Below, in pieces: positions 10,054-20,197 of a stretch of DNA of 64,000 nucleotides. Within the stretch, counting starts at the first letter, position 1. The number at the start of each line of letters is the position of its first letter. The DNA comes from Myxococcota bacterium (GTDB lineage Bacteria > Myxococcota > JACRCW01). Both the position numbers and the translations under genes were made by a program. The notes beneath the pieces were generated by a model. It made no database searches and was not told the DNA's origin. It worked only from the letters and a program-made list of their open reading frames with translations. The DNA lies in contig JBFMGU010000006.1 of assembly GCA_040752415.1 (NCBI GenBank), forward strand, positions 25,006-89,005, in the 5' to 3' direction.

Positions 10054-10242
10054 ATGACGCAGCGCAAGAAGCAGGCGCAGCCCAAGCACCGCGAGCCGGG
10101 CCGCACGCCGGACACGGCGGGGGCGGTGCCCGCGCGCGAGGGACAGATCGTCTTCCAGGAGCCGGGCCGCACCCCGGGCAGCGCGGAGGGTGACCGCGAC
10201 ACGGTGGAGGAAGACCTCCGCAGCAAGGGCCTGGACCACTGA
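10054..10242 (+). CDS. Small hydrophilic hypothetical protein with duplicated EPGRTP motif
   Basis: GAGG RBS, GC3-biased codons, internal EPGRTP repeat. Confidence 0.6.
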   Translation: MTQRKKQAQPKHREPGRTPDTAGAVPAREGQIVFQEPGRTPGSAEGDRDTVEEDLRSKGLDH

Positions 10243-10363
10243 AGTCCGTCGTCACGCCCCACGGAATGGTGGATCCGCGCACGCCCACGCAACCGGCTGG
10301 CCGTCATGAACCCCGACGTTAGACTGCTTCACAACGGCGAGGGGTCGTTATCACGCGTGACCG

Positions 10364-10576
10364 GTGACGCGCTCCTTCATGGGACTCGTGCGGACCGCCG
10401 TGATGCGCAAGGAGCTGATCATGTTGGAGATGGCTCGCGGGCAGGATGAGCAGCGGAGACCACCGGCGGGTGCGCTTTCTTCCGAGGAGGATGACCTGGA
10501 GGAGCGCCTGGAGAGGTTGGAGCTGCTCCTGGCCTTCAAGGAAGAGTACGGCGGCGACGGCGACGACCAGTGCTGA
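10364..10576 (+). CDS. Small acidic hypothetical protein
   Basis: Coding-like codon use; followed by a strong terminator; start uncertain. Confidence 0.5.
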   Translation: MTRSFMGLVRTAVMRKELIMLEMARGQDEQRRPPAGALSSEEDDLEERLERLELLLAFKEEYGGDGDDQC

Positions 10577-10603
10577 GCTTGGAGCGATGATGTCGCCCTG
10601 CTC

Positions 10604-10643
10604 GGGTCGCGTTCTCCTTCGGGGGAGCGCGACCCTTTTCTTT
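10604..10643 (+). terminator. Rho-independent terminator
   Basis: GGGTCGCGTTCTCC-TTCG-GGGGAGCGCGACCC followed by TTTTCTTT. Confidence 0.85.
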
Positions 10644-10699
10644 ACCCACCGTGACGGTGGTGCTGCGGCGCGCGGGACGTTCCGCTATGGTGCGCGGCC

Positions 10700-11443
10700 A
10701 TGAAAAAGCTCGTCCTCATCCGTCACGGTCAGAGTCTGTGGAACAAGGAAAACCGCTTCACCGGCTGGGTGGATGTCCCGCTCAGCGACGTGGGCATGGA
10801 AGAGGCCCGCGCCGCGGCCAAGCTGCTGAAGGAGGGCGGCTACCAGTTCGACGTGGCCTACACCTCGGTCCTCAAGCGCGCCATCAAGACGCTCTGGGTG
10901 GTGCTGGAGGAGACCGACCACATGTGGATCCCCGTCCACCGCTCCTGGCGTCTCAACGAGCGCATGTACGGCGCGCTCCAGGGCCTCAACAAGACCGAGA
11001 CCGCCAAGAAGTACGGCGAGGAGCAGGTGCACATCTGGCGACGCAGCTTCGACACGCCGCCGCCGCCGCTCACCCAGGATGACGAGCGCTGGCCGGGCCG
11101 GGACCGTCGCTACGCTTCGCTCAAGCCCGAGGAGCTCCCGCTCACCGAGAGCCTGAAGAGCACCATTGCGCGCTTCCTGCCGTACTGGGAGACGGAGATT
11201 GCCCCGGCCATCCGGCGCAACCAGCGCGTGCTCATTGCGGCGCACGGCAACTCCCTGCGCGCGCTCATCAAGCACCTGGACAAGGTGGGTGACCAGGAGA
11301 TCGTCGAGCTGAACGTGCCCACCGGCATCCCGCTGGTCTACGAGCTCAACGACGACCTCACCCCCATCCGCCACTACTACCTGGGCGACCCCGAGGCCGC
11401 GGCGCGGGCGGCGGAGGCGGTGGCCAAGCAGGGCAAGGCCTAG
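10700..11443 (+). CDS. gpmA: 2,3-bisphosphoglycerate-dependent phosphoglycerate mutase
   Basis: [39 protein letters not shown]. Confidence 0.97.
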   Translation: MKKLVLIRHGQSLWNKENRFTGWVDVPLSDVGMEEARAAAKLLKEGGYQFDVAYTSVLKRAIKTLWVVLEETDHMWIPVHRSWRLNERMYGALQGLNKTETAKKYGEEQVHIWRRSFDTPPPPLTQDDERWPGRDRRYASLKPEELPLTESLKSTIARFLPYWETEIAPAIRRNQRVLIAAHGNSLRALIKHLDKVGDQEIVELNVPTGIPLVYELNDDLTPIRHYYLGDPEAAARAAEAVAKQGKA

Positions 11444-11545
11444 GACATCCGCAGCGTCGGGAAGATCGCGTGACGTGCGCGGGTGACGACGCACGGTCAT
11501 GCCACATGCTCCGCCTTCCGCTACCTCGGCAGACGGAGGCCCGAC

Positions 11546-12226
11546 GTGAACCACACCCTGTCGGCGCACGCCCCGGCCAGCCCCGGGGAGGAGCACACGC
11601 TCTCGCTGTGGACGGAGCGGGGTGAGGTGGTGGTGCGTTTCCACCCGTCACGCGGCGCGCGCGCGGCGGTGCTGATGGTGGGCGGCGTGGGCGGGGATTG
11701 GGACACGCCGGCGCATGACCTCTACCCACGCCTCTGCCAGGAGCTCCCCGCGGAGGGCATGGCCGCGCTGCGCGTGCGCTTCCGTCACGCCACGGACCTG
11801 CGGGAGGCGGTGTACGACGTGCTGGCCGCGCTGCGTTTCCTCGACGAGCAGGGCATCGAGCGCGTGGTGCTGCTGGGCCACTCCTTTGGCGGCGCGGTGA
11901 TCATCCAGGCGGCGGAGTCCAGCCCGGAGGTCACCGCGGTGATCACCCTGGCCACGCAGAGCTACGGCACCAACGCGGTGAGCGAGCTGGGCCCGGAGTG
12001 CGCCGCGCTGCTCATCCACGGACTGGAAGACCACGTGCTGCCGTTCTGGAGCAGTGAGCACGTCTACGAGATGGCGCGTGAGCCGCGGAAGCTGGTGTTC
12101 TTCCCCGGCAACGGACACACGCTGCAGGAGAGCGCGGACGCGGTGCATCACCTGGTGCACCAGTGGGTGATCCACTACGGGCGACCGCGCGACGAACAGG
12201 AGCTCGCGCCACCGCCGCCGCCGTGA
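11546..12226 (+). CDS. Small alpha/beta hydrolase (dienelactone-hydrolase-like)
   Basis: GHSFGGA, IHG.EDHVLP, GNGH; start uncertain (GTG). Confidence 0.8.
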   Translation: MNHTLSAHAPASPGEEHTLSLWTERGEVVVRFHPSRGARAAVLMVGGVGGDWDTPAHDLYPRLCQELPAEGMAALRVRFRHATDLREAVYDVLAALRFLDEQGIERVVLLGHSFGGAVIIQAAESSPEVTAVITLATQSYGTNAVSELGPECAALLIHGLEDHVLPFWSSEHVYEMAREPRKLVFFPGNGHTLQESADAVHHLVHQWVIHYGRPRDEQELAPPPPP

Positions 12227-12242
12227 CGTCGGAGATGGACCG

Positions 12243-12551
12243 TCACTCCAGCACCGCGTCGGAGGGCAGCAGCAGGTACGGCTCCGCCAGAGGTGCATCC
12301 CCGGGCGCACGCCGCAAGCGCAGTCCCCAGGAGCCGCCACGCACCAGCACGCAGCTCCCCGCCCCGGAATCCTCGACGGTGGCGGCGCGCGCAACACACG
12401 GCGCGTCATCCTCATCCACACCCTCGACGAGCCAGAGCCGCGCCTCCTCCCGCCCCGGTGTCCAGTGCACCCGCGTGACCGTGCGATCCTCCGAGATGGC
12501 GGCGTAACGCATGCAGCAGTCCTCCGGAATCGCGTCGTGCGCTTCCACCAT
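12243..12551 (-). CDS. Hypothetical protein
   Basis: ORF with protein-like composition; start uncertain. Confidence 0.45.
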   Translation of the reverse strand: MVEAHDAIPEDCCMRYAAISEDRTVTRVHWTPGREEARLWLVEGVDEDDAPCVARAATVEDSGAGSCVLVRGGSWGLRLRRAPGDAPLAEPYLLLPSDAVLE

Positions 12552-12620
12552 GACTTCAACGTAACGGGGCATGGACCACGCAGCTCCTCTCACCGCCGGC
12601 GGACGGTGCCGCCATCCTAG

Positions 12621-13568
12621 CTACGCCGCGTCGACGTCCCAACTGCGCCGTTGCGGAAGCGGCTCCGCGGGCTCCCCGCCCGGTTCCGCTCGCGCTGACG
12701 CCGGTTGCCGCGGCCCCGCGCGCGCCAACCACCACCGGCGAACATCCCGGACCAGGCGCGGCGCGAAATGTCGATGCGGATCGTTCGCGCGGAAGGACAG
12801 CAGCGTGTGCACGCCCTCCTCCACGGCGCGCTTCACGCGGTTGCGCAGCTCACAACACGCCGCGCCGTCGTGGCTCCGGCCCGCGAACTCCCTGGTGGTG
12901 ATGGGCTCGCCAAACCGGAAGTACAGACGCTCCGGCCGGGGCACCGGCGTTGGCCCCACGCCCCGCACCAACGGGAGCAACACCTCACGTCGCACGCCGC
13001 TCATGGCCAGCAGGGGCCCCAGCGGGGAGTTGAACATGTCGTCGGCGTCGTAGAGGACGGTCAGCGCGTCGTCGATGCCCACCGCGGAGAACGGGATGAT
13101 GGTGCAACGGTGCCGGATGGCCAGGCGCGCGAAACCGGTGCGGTCCTTCCAGAACAGCGCGTAGCGCTCACCCTTGCGCTTGGCCACCTCGCGGCCGCCG
13201 CCGGGGAACACCAGGATGCACTCGCCCTGCTGCATCAGCTGCGCGCAGTTCTGCCGGGTCCCGTCGACCACGCCGTAGAGCGACATCATCTCGCGCCACA
13301 GCGGGAGCTGGAAATGCACGTGGTCGCCGAGGGAGCGCAGGAAGATGCCCTGTCTCCAGTACAGCTCCGCGATCATCAGCGGGATGTCCCACAGCCCATA
13401 GAGCGTGTGGTTTCCCACGAAGAGCAGCGGCCGCTCCGACGGGACGTTCTCCAGCCCCAGGAACACCGGGTCCAGCAGCCGACGCCACGGCTCGAGCATG
13501 CGGAAACCCCGCTCCACCCACGGCCGCGGGTCTCCACCCAGAAGCTTGGGAAGCACAGGTGACCTCAT
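12621..13568 (-). CDS. Lysophospholipid/diacylglycerol acyltransferase (PlsC/DGAT2-like)
   Basis: LFVGNH, VFPGGGREV, GFARLA...IIP. Confidence 0.88.
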   Translation of the reverse strand: MRSPVLPKLLGGDPRPWVERGFRMLEPWRRLLDPVFLGLENVPSERPLLFVGNHTLYGLWDIPLMIAELYWRQGIFLRSLGDHVHFQLPLWREMMSLYGVVDGTRQNCAQLMQQGECILVFPGGGREVAKRKGERYALFWKDRTGFARLAIRHRCTIIPFSAVGIDDALTVLYDADDMFNSPLGPLLAMSGVRREVLLPLVRGVGPTPVPRPERLYFRFGEPITTREFAGRSHDGAACCELRNRVKRAVEEGVHTLLSFRANDPHRHFAPRLVRDVRRWWLARAGPRQPASARAEPGGEPAEPLPQRRSWDVDAA

Positions 13569-13753
13569 CTGCCGCGCAGTGTGACGACGGACCGCCCGCT
13601 CCGCCACGGAAGCCCGACCGTTCACGCTTTCCGTGACGTCGTGAATTGCCGCCGCGCGGTGGAGCCCGCTGCGCCGAGTCCGCGCTCCTCCGGGAACGCC
13701 AGCACACATCCTGCGGTTAGGCATGGTGCCAATCCCACGGAGAGTCGCCCCGA

Positions 13754-15001
13754 ATGATCGCTGTGAGCCGGAAGAAGAAGAGACCGGTCCGCCCGTCCAT
13801 CGTCGTGGTGGGCGGGGCGGGAGCCATGGGACGCATCACGGTGCGCGACCTGGTGGAAACCCTGCCCCCGGACCTGGACGTGGTGGTGGCCGATCACAAC
13901 GCCGCCGCGGCACGCAAGCTGGCGACGAGCCACCGGCCCCAGCGGTCCGTCCGCGCCGCCGGTGTCGACGTGGAGGACCCGCGCTCCACCGCGCGCATGC
14001 TCTCCCGGGAGAACGCGCTGGCGGTCATTGGTGCCATTCCGCACCAGCTGAATCTCCCGTTGATGCAGGCGGCCCTCGACGCTGGCGTGCACTACTGCGA
14101 CCTGGGCGGCCTGTTCCATCACACGCGCCAGCAGCTCAAGCTCCACGCGCGCTTCGAGAAGAAGGGACTCCTGGCCCTGGTGGGAATGGGCGCGGCCCCC
14201 GGCGTGGTCAACGTGCTGGCGCGCTGGGCCGCCGACGAGATGGAGGAGGTGCACGAGATCCACGTTGCCGTGGGAACCGTGGACCGCAGCCCGGAACGCA
14301 ACACCGCGCCCCTGGCCGCCAGCTATTCCATCCAGACCATCCTCGACGAGGCCAACCTGCCCGCGGCGGTCTTCACCGGCGGCGACTGGGAGTTCATCGA
14401 GCCGATGAGTGGCGAGGTGGAGGTGGACTTCGGGCCGCCGGTGGGGAAGCGACGACCGGCGTGCACGCTGCACTCCGAGGTGGCCACGCTGCCACTGAGC
14501 TACCGGCACAAGGGCGTGCAGGAGGTGAGCTTCCGCATCGCGTTCCAGCCGGAGCTCGTCGAGAAACTGCGCTTCCTGCGCGCGCTGGGCATCTCCTCCA
14601 GCGTGCCCATCACGGTGGGACGCGGTCGGAAGGCCCGGAAGGTGGTTCCGCGTGACGTGCTGGAGACGCTGCTGGCCCGCGTTCGTCCCGCGCGCACCAC
14701 CGGTGTTCCCGACGAGTACGAGGTGCTGCGCGCGGTGGTGCGCGGCATGCGCGCGGGTCGCGCGGCGGAGGACGTGCTGGAGTGCCACTGCCCGGGCATC
14801 CCGGAGTGGGGCTTTGGTGTCGACGTGGACACCGGGTGCCCGCCCTCCATTGCCATGCAGCTGCTGCTCAAGGGCGTCATCACCGCGCGCGGTGTCCTGC
14901 CGCCGGAGCAGGCCGTGCCGTGTGACGCGTTCTTCCGGGAGTTGGGGAAGCGCGGCATGCGCGTCCAACGGATCCAACGTGCTGCCATCGCGGCGGCTTG
15001 A
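13754..15001 (+). CDS. Saccharopine-dehydrogenase-like NAD(P) oxidoreductase
   Basis: VVGGAGAMG Rossmann motif; GVHYCDLGG; GMGAAPG; HSEVATLP; G..PPEQ. Confidence 0.88.
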   Translation: MIAVSRKKKRPVRPSIVVVGGAGAMGRITVRDLVETLPPDLDVVVADHNAAAARKLATSHRPQRSVRAAGVDVEDPRSTARMLSRENALAVIGAIPHQLNLPLMQAALDAGVHYCDLGGLFHHTRQQLKLHARFEKKGLLALVGMGAAPGVVNVLARWAADEMEEVHEIHVAVGTVDRSPERNTAPLAASYSIQTILDEANLPAAVFTGGDWEFIEPMSGEVEVDFGPPVGKRRPACTLHSEVATLPLSYRHKGVQEVSFRIAFQPELVEKLRFLRALGISSSVPITVGRGRKARKVVPRDVLETLLARVRPARTTGVPDEYEVLRAVVRGMRAGRAAEDVLECHCPGIPEWGFGVDVDTGCPPSIAMQLLLKGVITARGVLPPEQAVPCDAFFRELGKRGMRVQRIQRAAIAAA

Positions 15002-15011
15002 GGGAGGATGC

Positions 15012-16478
15012 ATGTCCCAGAGACACAAGATGTGGATTGGCGGGGAATGGGTGGACGCACGCAACGGTGCCACGCGCGACGTCATCAATCCCGCCGACGG
15101 CAGCGTGCTGGCGCGGGTTCCCGAAGCGGGGACCGAAGAAGTGGCGCGCGCGGTCCAGGCGGCGCGTGAGGCGTTTGATCACGGTCCGTGGGGCAAGAGC
15201 ATGCACCGTGACCGCGGACAGATCCTCTTCAAGGTGGCCGAGGGCATCCGCGCCCGCGCGCGCGAGCTGGCGGAGCTGGATACGCGCAACATGGGCAAGC
15301 CCGTCGTGGAGGCGGAGTTCGACGTTACCGACGCGGCCCACTGCTTCGAGTACTACGCGGGCATGGCGAGCAAGATCCACGGCATGACGCTGCCCGTGCC
15401 GGACAACGCGCTCTCCCTCACCGTGCGCGAGCCGGTGGGCGTGGTGGGGCAGATCATTCCGTGGAACTACCCGCTGCTCATGGCGGCGTGGAAGCTGGCA
15501 CCCGCGTTGGCGGCGGGCTGCACCGCGGTGCTCAAACCGGCCGAGCAGTCACCGTTGTCGGCGCTGGTCCTGGCGGAGATCCTCGACGAGGCGGGAGTTC
15601 CGCCCGGCGTGGTGAACGTGGTCACCGGGGACGGACCGGTGGCGGGCGCCGCGCTGGTGGCGGACCCGCGCGTGGACAAGATCGCGTTCACCGGCGGCGT
15701 CGAGGCGGGACGCACCGTGGTGAAGCGCGCGGCGGACACCATGAAGCGCACCACCATGGAGCTCGGCGGGAAGAACCCGAACATCGTGTTTGCCGACGCG
15801 GACCACGTGGCGGCGGTGGATGGTGCGCTGTTCGGCGCGTTCGCGAACCAGGGCGAGGTGTGCTCGGCGGGGTCGCGGCTGCTCGTCGAGAGGACGATCT
15901 ATCCGCAGATGGTGCACGCGCTGCGCGAGAAGGTGAAGGCCGTGCGCCTAGGCAACCCGCTGGACCGCGAGACGAAGATGGGACCGCTGGTGACGTCGGA
16001 ACACCGGGACCGCGTGCTGCGCTACATCGAGATTGGCAAGAAGGAGGGCAAGCTCTTGTGCGGGGGAAGCGCGGCCATGAGCGCGGAGCTGCGCCACGGG
16101 TTCTACGTGGAGCCCACCATCTTCGTCGACGTGGAGCCCAGGGCGCGGATTGCGCAGGAGGAGATCTTCGGGCCGGTGCTGGCGGTGATTCCGTTCGACA
16201 CCGAGGACGACGCGGTGCGGATTGCCAATGACACGCCGTACGGTCTGGCCGGCGCGGTGTGGACGCGCGACGTGTTCAAGGGACTGCGCGTGCTGCGGCA
16301 GATTCGCGCGGGGATCCTGTGGCTCAACACGTACCACCCCACGTACAACGAGGCGCCCTGGGGCGGTTACAAGCAGTCGGGTTTCGGGCGTGAGCTCGGG
16401 GTGTGGGGCATCGAGAACTACCTCGAGACCAAGCAGATCAACGTGAATCTCAACGAGGCGCCCATCGGCTGGTATTGA
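15012..16478 (+). CDS. NAD-dependent aldehyde dehydrogenase (betaine/aminoaldehyde type)
   Basis: PWNYP, KPAE, FTGG, ELGGKNP, GEVCSAG catalytic Cys, EEIFGP; GGGAGG RBS. Confidence 0.95.
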   Translation: MSQRHKMWIGGEWVDARNGATRDVINPADGSVLARVPEAGTEEVARAVQAAREAFDHGPWGKSMHRDRGQILFKVAEGIRARARELAELDTRNMGKPVVEAEFDVTDAAHCFEYYAGMASKIHGMTLPVPDNALSLTVREPVGVVGQIIPWNYPLLMAAWKLAPALAAGCTAVLKPAEQSPLSALVLAEILDEAGVPPGVVNVVTGDGPVAGAALVADPRVDKIAFTGGVEAGRTVVKRAADTMKRTTMELGGKNPNIVFADADHVAAVDGALFGAFANQGEVCSAGSRLLVERTIYPQMVHALREKVKAVRLGNPLDRETKMGPLVTSEHRDRVLRYIEIGKKEGKLLCGGSAAMSAELRHGFYVEPTIFVDVEPRARIAQEEIFGPVLAVIPFDTEDDAVRIANDTPYGLAGAVWTRDVFKGLRVLRQIRAGILWLNTYHPTYNEAPWGGYKQSGFGRELGVWGIENYLETKQINVNLNEAPIGWY

Positions 16479-16494
16479 GGCGTGGGTGGCGGGT

Positions 16495-16790
16495 TGGGGT
16501 TGGTGGCACGTTGGCCCCCCACCCGGCCGCCAGCCGATCACTGAGTTCACGACGTGGCGGCCGACCTCCCCCACGGTGTGGGGAGGCGTAGATGTGCCGC
16601 CTCGCTGGAACGGTGCGCGCATTGGGCGGCACGGGCTCAATGAGGCCTTGTGCCGCGCTTGGCTCAATGAACAACCCCGACGCGGCACATCTACGCCTCC
16701 CCACACCGTGGGGGAGGTCGGCCGCCTCGTCGTGAACTCGGTGAAATCGGTTGGCGGCCGGGTGGGGGGGCCAACTCGCCACCAACCCCA
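16495..16790. repeat. Long intergenic inverted repeat (REP doublet-like) between convergent genes
   Basis: Arms about 16495-16600 and 16682-16790 are near-perfect reverse complements; each contains the hairpin CCTCCCCCACGGTGTGGGGAGG. Confidence 0.9.
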
Positions 16791-16795
16791 CCGGG

Positions 16796-18307
16796 TCACG
16801 GCCGGGTCGCGGTGACCTCGCGCTTCCGCGTCGACAACTCCCGCGCAATCGTATCCGCCGCGGCCATGGCGCTGCGCGCCGCACCGTCGGAGTGACCACT
16901 CCAGGTGTAATCCCCGACGAGCCACGTCCCCAGCTCGGGCTCCCGCAACCGCTGGTGCTTCTCGTCCATCGGCGACCGACCCGGCGGCCACACCGCAATG
17001 GAACCCGGGTGATACGTGTACGCCGTCGTCGTCACCACGTGGCGCGAAAACCCCGGCCACAGCCGGTCCATGGCCGCAAGCATCTCCTTCACCTTGTGGT
17101 CGCGCGGCGCCATGTGGAACGCGCTGGCATTCACTCCGTGCACCAGGAAGGAGAACACCTCGTTCGCCTCGTCCTCCGGACTCTCGCTCTGCGCGCCGTA
17201 GATGACGCCCAGCACGCCGTCGGTCAGGTAGGGGAACGGGTCCTGCCCATCCACGTACGTAAGCTTGCGGTGCTCCTTGCTCACCACCATGTGCACCACG
17301 GTGTACTGCCCGCGCATCAACGTGCTCACCGCCTCCCATTTCGCCGACGACAGCGAAGGCTCGAAGTGGATCTGGTGCAACCGCCAGAACGGCACCGCCA
17401 CCACCACGCGCTCCGCCGCCACCACGTGCTGCGTTTCCTCAACGCCCTGCCGCAGGAACGTGACCCGCGCCCTGTCCCCTTCGCGGTCAATGCGACTCAC
17501 CAGCGCGGAGGTCAGCGCGTTCGGGCCCGCTTCCTTCGCCAGCGCCTCGATGAGCCGGGAGTTCCCGCCCTTCACCTTGTAGTTGGGCTCGCCCTCCCCG
17601 AGGAACACGCCAAACTCCAGCAGCCCCACGAGCCCCGAGAAGAGCTCCCAGCTCGTCGCCAGCTCGCACTCGACGGTGAGGCGGATCCAATCCTCCACGC
17701 GCTTGCCCATCTTGAAGCCGCGCACCCACGTCGCAAAGGAGACGTCCTGCAGCGCCCGGACCTCCGACGCCGCGAGCCCCCGGGAGAGCGCCACGCCGCG
17801 CAGGGCCCGCGCATCCTCCATCCACCACCGGAGCACGCGCGCGTTCTTCACGCCCAGCAAGCTGTGGAAATACTCCTCGGTGGTGTCCTGCACGTACGGA
17901 TACAGCTTCCCGTCCAAGACCATGCTGGAGAACGGCGCTTCCACGTCGCCATCCAGCTCCACGCCCAGGTCGCGAATCACCTCGAGCAGCGGGTTGTCAC
18001 CCCAGATCTCCTGCAGTCCGTATTCCGCACGGAGACCGTGACCGTAGTGGGCGGTCTGGACCCGCCCGCCAAACTGCTCGCTGGCCTCCAGCAACAGGAA
18101 CGAGACGCCGCGCTTTTTCAGCTCATGCGCCGTCACCAGGCCCGCCAGGCCGCCGCCCACGATGACCACGGGAGCTTCCGTCGGCACCGGGCCCGCGTGC
18201 GCGTCAGGCGCGGACTGCGCGTGCGCCTCCGGCTTCCGGCACGACGTGACGGCGAGCAGGATGAACAACACGAATGGGAGGGTGGGACGCGCGGTGATGG
18301 GACCCAT
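16796..18307 (-). CDS. Flavin-dependent amine oxidase (MAO/PAO family), putative lipoprotein
   Basis: VVIVGGGLAGL...LLEA...GGRV FAD motif; C-terminal GDYT..G..DGAARS; signal ending VTSC. Confidence 0.88.
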   Translation of the reverse strand: MGPITARPTLPFVLFILLAVTSCRKPEAHAQSAPDAHAGPVPTEAPVVIVGGGLAGLVTAHELKKRGVSFLLLEASEQFGGRVQTAHYGHGLRAEYGLQEIWGDNPLLEVIRDLGVELDGDVEAPFSSMVLDGKLYPYVQDTTEEYFHSLLGVKNARVLRWWMEDARALRGVALSRGLAASEVRALQDVSFATWVRGFKMGKRVEDWIRLTVECELATSWELFSGLVGLLEFGVFLGEGEPNYKVKGGNSRLIEALAKEAGPNALTSALVSRIDREGDRARVTFLRQGVEETQHVVAAERVVVAVPFWRLHQIHFEPSLSSAKWEAVSTLMRGQYTVVHMVVSKEHRKLTYVDGQDPFPYLTDGVLGVIYGAQSESPEDEANEVFSFLVHGVNASAFHMAPRDHKVKEMLAAMDRLWPGFSRHVVTTTAYTYHPGSIAVWPPGRSPMDEKHQRLREPELGTWLVGDYTWSGHSDGAARSAMAAADTIARELSTRKREVTATRP

Positions 18308-18343
18308 CGTCGTCGTTAAACCAACGCCAACGGAGCTTTCTTC

Positions 18344-18514
18344 ATGATCGACGACGCACTGGCCCTCGCGCGCAACGAGGAGCTGCGGCACCGCATTGCC
18401 CGGATCTCGAGCTATCCCGACACCACCTTCGGCACCATGACGCGCGCGGAGATGGCGTGGATGTCGGTGGTGTTCATCATCCTTCCCGCGCTGCTGGTGT
18501 GGAGCTTCCAATGA
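18344..18514 (+). CDS. 56-aa small membrane protein coupled to NCS1 permease
   Basis: Hand translation MIDDALALARNEELRHRIARISSYPDTTFGTMTRAEMAWMSVVFIILPALLVWSFQ; GGAG upstream; TGA overlaps permease ATG (ATGA). Confidence 0.75.
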   Translation: MIDDALALARNEELRHRIARISSYPDTTFGTMTRAEMAWMSVVFIILPALLVWSFQ

Positions 18515-19995
18515 CCACCGCCACCGCGCCCACGCCGCCTCCGTCGCCACCCACGCGTGCACCGGCGCTTGAAGCGCAGCTGCGCGAGGAAGCGGTGTTC
18601 GGTCGACTGCCGCTGCTGCGTGAGGAACGCGAGTATTCCACGCGCGGCATCCTGGCCACCGGTTTCTCCTACGCGGTGGCGGCGTGGTGTTTCCTCATCG
18701 GCGGATTCGCGGCCACCTACGTCGACGCCATCCAGGGCATGGTCACCTTGATTGCCGGCTCGGTGATTGGTGTGGCGCTCTCGTCGGCGGCGGCGGCCAT
18801 GGCATGCAACCGCTACGGGCTCGAGCAGATCGACTACACCAAGACCGCGTTCGGCCAACACGGCGCCAAGCTGGTGCTGATCTTCTACGTCGTCAACCAG
18901 GTGGGCTGGACGGGAATGATCCTGGTGATGTTCGGCCGCGGTGTCATGAACGTGGCGCAAGCTTTCGGCTTCCAGGGCGGTGAGAGCCTGGTGCGCGTGG
19001 CGGTGGTGCTCGGCCTGCTCGCGGCGTACGTCGTGGTGGTGCGCGGCGTGCACGTGCTCAACGTGTTCAACGCGGTGATCACGCCGGGCCTGCTGCTGGC
19101 CACCGCGTTCCTCTTCTACGCCATCTGCCGCGACGGCGGCTGGCAGACCGTCCTCGACGCCACGCCCATCCAGCCCACCGGCGAGCGCGCGCTGGACAAC
19201 ATCATCGCCTTCGAGCTGGGGCTGGGCGCGGGATTCTCGTGGTGGCCGGGCATCGGCTTCTTGGCGCGCAACACCGACACACAACGCAACAGCGTCTACC
19301 CGCAGATCCTGACCATGGGGCTGGGCATGGGTGTGGTGTGTTGCACGGGGCTGTTCGCGGGACTCGCCTTCCAGGCCAGCGACCCGACGGAGTGGCTCAT
19401 CCAGGCGGGTGGTCGCGGCATGGGCACCGCGGTGCTGGTCCTCCTGGGCGTGGCCAATCTCTCCGCCAGCGCCATCATGATGTACACCGCCGCGCTCGGC
19501 CTTAGACACGTGCGCGTGCTGCGCGCCCTGCCCTGGAAGCTCCTCGTCGCGCTGGCCTTCCTCCCCGTGCTGGCCTACGCCGTGGCGCCGGAGCTGCTCT
19601 ACGAGAAGGGCAACGCCTTCCTCACCTACAACGCCACGATGTTCGCCCCCATCTCGGGCATCCTGCTCGTGGACTACTTCCCGCTCCGTCGGGAGCGCAT
19701 CAACGTTTCCCAGGTCTTCGAGGATCATCCCTCGGGTCACTACTGGTTCACGCGCGGCTTCAACGTCGTGGCGCTGGTGGCCATGCTGGTGGGCCAGGTC
19801 CTCTACGTGTGGCTGCTCAACCCGGTGAGCCTGGAGACCCACGGCCCGGTGCGCAGCACCACCGCGTCGGCGCCGGCGTTCCTGGTGCCCACGCTGTTCT
19901 ACGCCGTGGCGACCTGGGCCTGGGGCACCCGGCGCGGCCTGGGCGGCTACGGCGCTCCCACCGAGGCGCTCCCGCTCAAGCAGCCCAACCTCTGA
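18511..19995 (+). CDS. NCS1 / cytosine-purine permease family transporter
   Basis: About 12 TM segments; RYGLEQ......FG..GA; FAPISGILLVDYF; Y.FTRGFN..A. Confidence 0.9.
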   Translation: MTTATAPTPPPSPPTRAPALEAQLREEAVFGRLPLLREEREYSTRGILATGFSYAVAAWCFLIGGFAATYVDAIQGMVTLIAGSVIGVALSSAAAAMACNRYGLEQIDYTKTAFGQHGAKLVLIFYVVNQVGWTGMILVMFGRGVMNVAQAFGFQGGESLVRVAVVLGLLAAYVVVVRGVHVLNVFNAVITPGLLLATAFLFYAICRDGGWQTVLDATPIQPTGERALDNIIAFELGLGAGFSWWPGIGFLARNTDTQRNSVYPQILTMGLGMGVVCCTGLFAGLAFQASDPTEWLIQAGGRGMGTAVLVLLGVANLSASAIMMYTAALGLRHVRVLRALPWKLLVALAFLPVLAYAVAPELLYEKGNAFLTYNATMFAPISGILLVDYFPLRRERINVSQVFEDHPSGHYWFTRGFNVVALVAMLVGQVLYVWLLNPVSLETHGPVRSTTASAPAFLVPTLFYAVATWAWGTRRGLGGYGAPTEALPLKQPNL

Positions 19996-20197
19996 GGCTC
20001 CGGCGTCATCACGCGCTGCGTCATCCCCACCTCGTCGACGGGATGGGACAGGGGTGGGCGCAGGATTTGCCCGGGGTCACGCGGGGCTGTCCCTTCATCA
20101 CGGGGTGAAGTAGGGGTGCCGCCCTCGTCCCAGCGCCGGTCCATGACAGAACCATGACCAACGGCGTGCTCCATTCGGGGCGACCTGGAGGAGCCTC

